Source: an uncultured Nitrospiraceae bacterium (GTDB lineage Bacteria; Nitrospirota; Thermodesulfovibrionia; Thermodesulfovibrionales; Dissulfurispiraceae). Taken from it: a stretch of DNA of 64,000 bases. The translations under genes and the position numbers were made by a program. The stretch is from contig CAMTVO010000010.1 in NCBI GenBank assembly GCA_947085205.1, positions 40,983 through 104,982 of the forward strand, given 5' to 3'. Below the pieces are notes generated by a model that saw only the letters and a list, made by a program, of their open reading frames with translations, searched no databases and was not told the origin of the DNA. Of this stretch, positions 61,611 through 64,000 are shown one piece after another (positions within the stretch are counted from its first letter, which is position 1; the number at the start of each line of letters is the position of its first letter).

Positions 61611-62924
61611 TTATCTGTTAAGTGAAACTAAATATGTTGCGAGGGCCACTTTTTCAGCCTCTGTTCCAACAAAAGGCGGCATATAAGGGTATCCGCCAAG
61701 TGCATCCAGCCATGCCTTAGCAGCCTCCACTTCTTTAATACCGAGCCTTTTCACCATTTGCGGCATTGGTCTTAAGCCCTTTTCTTCATTCAGCACATGG
61801 CAGATTGAACACTGAATGAGGGCTGTCATCCTTCCAGCGTTTATGCTATTCTCCTCGGTTATCTCCCTTAAATTCGCAGGCACAAATGGTGAACCCTTTA
61901 AAATCCCCATTTCATTGAGCCTTTTAATTTCAGCAGTCACACCCTTTGGCGGGATATCGTGTGCAATTATCTGGTTGGAATACATATATTGGGGAATGAT
62001 ATACGGCTTTCTTATCATCTCCCTTATCCTCTCTGCTGACCAAATCCCTCCAAAAAGAACAGCTATTGCCACGATAGCTGGAACGAGCCTGATGGTTAAT
62101 GGCTTTACATTTGCATAAACTAAATACACAAACATCAGACCCAATGTAATTATTAGCCATGTCTTGAGTCCCTGCGGCACGAATATGCCAATCAAACTGC
62201 TGGCATGAGCAGGAAGGGTCTTTGAATACCAGAAAAACATCAGTGTGCCGAGTATCAAGCCCCCTATGCCCCATTTAGCTGCAGTCTTTGTAATAAATCC
62301 TCTTACTTCAATATTCTTCAGCTTTGTAGCAACAGCGATGGCATAGACTGCCGCAACAGCAAACATCAATGTAGTTCTCATTAGTAAATGCGGCCAGTAG
62401 GTCTGATTAAAGAAACCATCAAAGAAGTTCCCTGTTTCCGGCAGTTTACCGGGTGAAACCATAAAGGCCAGAATACCGACAATTATTACCATGGTTGTCC
62501 ATGCACCTATGGCAAATATCCAGCCAATCTGGAGATGGGTCTTTCTATCTACTTTGCCAAAGGTATAATAATAGACAAATATCCCTATCACCTCTATTAT
62601 GAAAAAGACCCATTCTGTTGCCCATCCCCAAGCATAGGTGTGAATCAGGCCAGATATGCCCCGTGGATTTGCGACCGTTGTGGCATACCAGATTCCAACC
62701 CCGCTCAGAGAGCCAAGCACATACGAGAATGTCAACAGAAGAAGAGTATATTTTTTTATGAATTCAAGAAGCTCCGGTCGATTTTCTTTATATGCCTTTG
62801 TCTCTAAATACACATTAAACCACATAGCGCCTATTAAAAGATGCGATGGCAGTATGTGAAAAGTCGCTATTATTGCCAGTATGATACCGGCGCTCAGGTA
62901 AGGAACCTCCCATATTGGATACAT
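61611..62924 (-). CDS. Cytochrome bd-like subunit I with fused C-terminal cytochrome c
   Basis: FHILPSH, GVGIW, WATEWVFFIIE, ERIREMIRKPY, CSICH...MPPF. Confidence 0.75.
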   Translation of the reverse strand: MYPIWEVPYLSAGIILAIIATFHILPSHLLIGAMWFNVYLETKAYKENRPELLEFIKKYTLLLLTFSYVLGSLSGVGIWYATTVANPRGISGLIHTYAWGWATEWVFFIIEVIGIFVYYYTFGKVDRKTHLQIGWIFAIGAWTTMVIIVGILAFMVSPGKLPETGNFFDGFFNQTYWPHLLMRTTLMFAVAAVYAIAVATKLKNIEVRGFITKTAAKWGIGGLILGTLMFFWYSKTLPAHASSLIGIFVPQGLKTWLIITLGLMFVYLVYANVKPLTIRLVPAIVAIAVLFGGIWSAERIREMIRKPYIIPQYMYSNQIIAHDIPPKGVTAEIKRLNEMGILKGSPFVPANLREITEENSINAGRMTALIQCSICHVLNEEKGLRPMPQMVKRLGIKEVEAAKAWLDALGGYPYMPPFVGTEAEKVALATYLVSLNR

Positions 62925-63090
62925 AGTCTAACCCCCTTTTTTTAAATCAGGACATATTAACAGTCTCATAATAGTACAGTACACACCTGACCCCGTAATC
63001 TGCCTCCCGTGTTACATACATGGCTTATTTGCGTTTACAAGCTCCATAGTTTTTGCCCCCTTTCCTAAATAGGATAATTTTAGTCTTTTT

Positions 63091-63453
63091 TTAGCACATA
63101 TAAAAATATTTGTCAAGTTTTTTGGGTATTGCAGCGTAGAAAAATGAAGTCTCCCCACCCAGCCCCACGTCGAGCACCATCATCACCGCAAAGCCTAAAA
63201 TCGCTCCCATTGTGGCAATATCCGTATTGCCCCCCCTCTGGGATTCGGGAATCAGTTCTTCCACGACAACGAATATCATTGCGCCGGCGGCAAAGCTCAA
63301 CGCATAAGGCAATATGGGCTTAGAAATCAGAACCGCAGCCGCGCCGATAACACCTGCCATTGGTTCAACAATTCCTGATAACTGTCCGTACCAGAAGCTC
63401 TTCAGTCTTGTTAACCCCTCACGCCTGAGCGGCATTGATATTGCGAGACCTTC
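63091..63453 (-). pseudogene. 3' fragment of a ZIP/ZupT metal transporter
   Basis: [32 protein letters not shown]; homology stops at the E of the (NxP)EG motif, where foreign sequence begins. Confidence 0.85.
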
Positions 63454-63539
63454 GATCTTGCGGCTGCGGGATCTATAATAGAAAAAAGGGGAGAATAGGG
63501 AATAAGACAAGGAGCCTTCTTTATGTAATAAGATAAACA

Positions 63540-63690
63540 AAGTGGCAGCGGGAGCATCTGTGGCTAATGGGGTCCGTCAAAGTGACTCGACTTGAACTGC
63601 CGGATGCTCCCGGCCAGTACCCTGTCCAATGGGAAGATGCCTTTAAGTGGCTATTATAGACAGGACAAACGGTATTGGCAGAGCCATAGA
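63540..63690 (+). ncRNA. Candidate bridge/seek RNA of the IS110 element (boundaries approximate)
   Basis: Two tandem stems with large internal loops; G-U pairs favour the plus strand; CTATTATAGA (63651-63660) is the exact reverse complement of the element end TCTATAATAG (63472-63481). Confidence 0.6.
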
Positions 63691-63714
63691 CTATCAAACA
63701 CACAAAGGAGTCAA

Positions 63715-64000
63715 CTATAAAGAATTCTCCTTAACCGAGAAATAAGAATTATGAGAAAGCATAGCGAAAACAGTTCTAATCAACTTATGAGCAGTAGCCA
63801 AGACAGCCTTTCTGAAAGGCAGGCCGTCCTGTTTTCTTTTAAGGAAATAAGCCTTAAAGAAGGCATTACATCTGATAACGCCGATAGTCATAAGATAGAC
63901 AATTCTCCTGAGATGGCGATTGCCTCTTTTAGAGATTCTGCTTGTGCCCTGAAACTTACCGGACTGAAAGACAGTAGGGTCCATACCTGCAAAAGCATTA
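63715..64000 (-). CDS. IS110-family recombinase/transposase, C-terminal part (5' end outside window)
   Basis: AFAGMDPTVFQSG...ISKRGNRHLRR...AHKL motifs of the IS110 Tnp domain. Confidence 0.92.
   Translation of the reverse strand, partial: NAFAGMDPTVFQSGKFQGTSRISKRGNRHLRRIVYLMTIGVIRCNAFFKAYFLKRKQDGLPFRKAVLATAHKLIRTVFAMLSHNSYFSVKENSL

Larger units (their letters stand above)
63472..64000 (-). mobile_element. IS110-family element (partial: recombinase 3' end and downstream non-coding end)
   Basis: Recombinase C-terminus plus ~240-nt structured non-coding end abutting the truncated ZIP gene. Confidence 0.85.

Noticed and set aside
63454..63540. N-terminus of the 149-aa ORF as a genuine ZIP start
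   Set aside because: It derives from IS110 end sequence and a palindrome; ZIP homology starts only at 63453.
63705..63720. AAGGAG as RBS of a plus-strand gene
   Set aside because: No start codon or ORF follows; the region runs into the antisense of the recombinase.

Overview
A 64-kb, mostly housekeeping chromosomal segment. It most likely comes from a Gram-negative dissimilatory sulfite/sulfate reducer of the Nitrospirota (Thermodesulfovibrionia-like); this is inferred from the short DsrAB type and gene content. The window holds: (1) a reductive dsr cluster, dsrA-B-D-N-[Zn/HEAT]-C-M-K-[diheme DsrJ-like lipoprotein]-ferredoxin, with no dsrO/P/T; (2) smc, an RRM protein, a glcD-like gene, rlmN and four tRNAs, one of which has a tRNA-His body but a GTT anticodon; (3) a ~10-kb cyclic-nucleotide signalling block between ribE and ribBA (GAF-PAS, PilB-like ATPase, CHASE2 adenylate cyclase, FecR-domain protein, TPR-beta-barrel, GAF-HD-GYP, class II PDE); (4) lepA/lepB, glk, bamA-skp-lpxD-fabZ-lpxA-lpxI, hemB, lptFG, deoC, ilvE, pfk, an AT-rich CsgG/DUF4810/DUF799 lipoprotein cassette, a class II aldolase, a radical SAM gene and comM; and (5) a rearranged right end with rhlE, gene remnants, a heme-c-bearing cytochrome bd-like pair, a truncated ZIP gene and the 3' end of an IS110-family element. 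The IS110 non-coding end folds like a bridge RNA on the strand opposite the recombinase. Short 7/8-mer tandem repeats and REP-like palindromes occur throughout and are often inserted in frame in genes. All calls come from motif recognition; no database searches were run.
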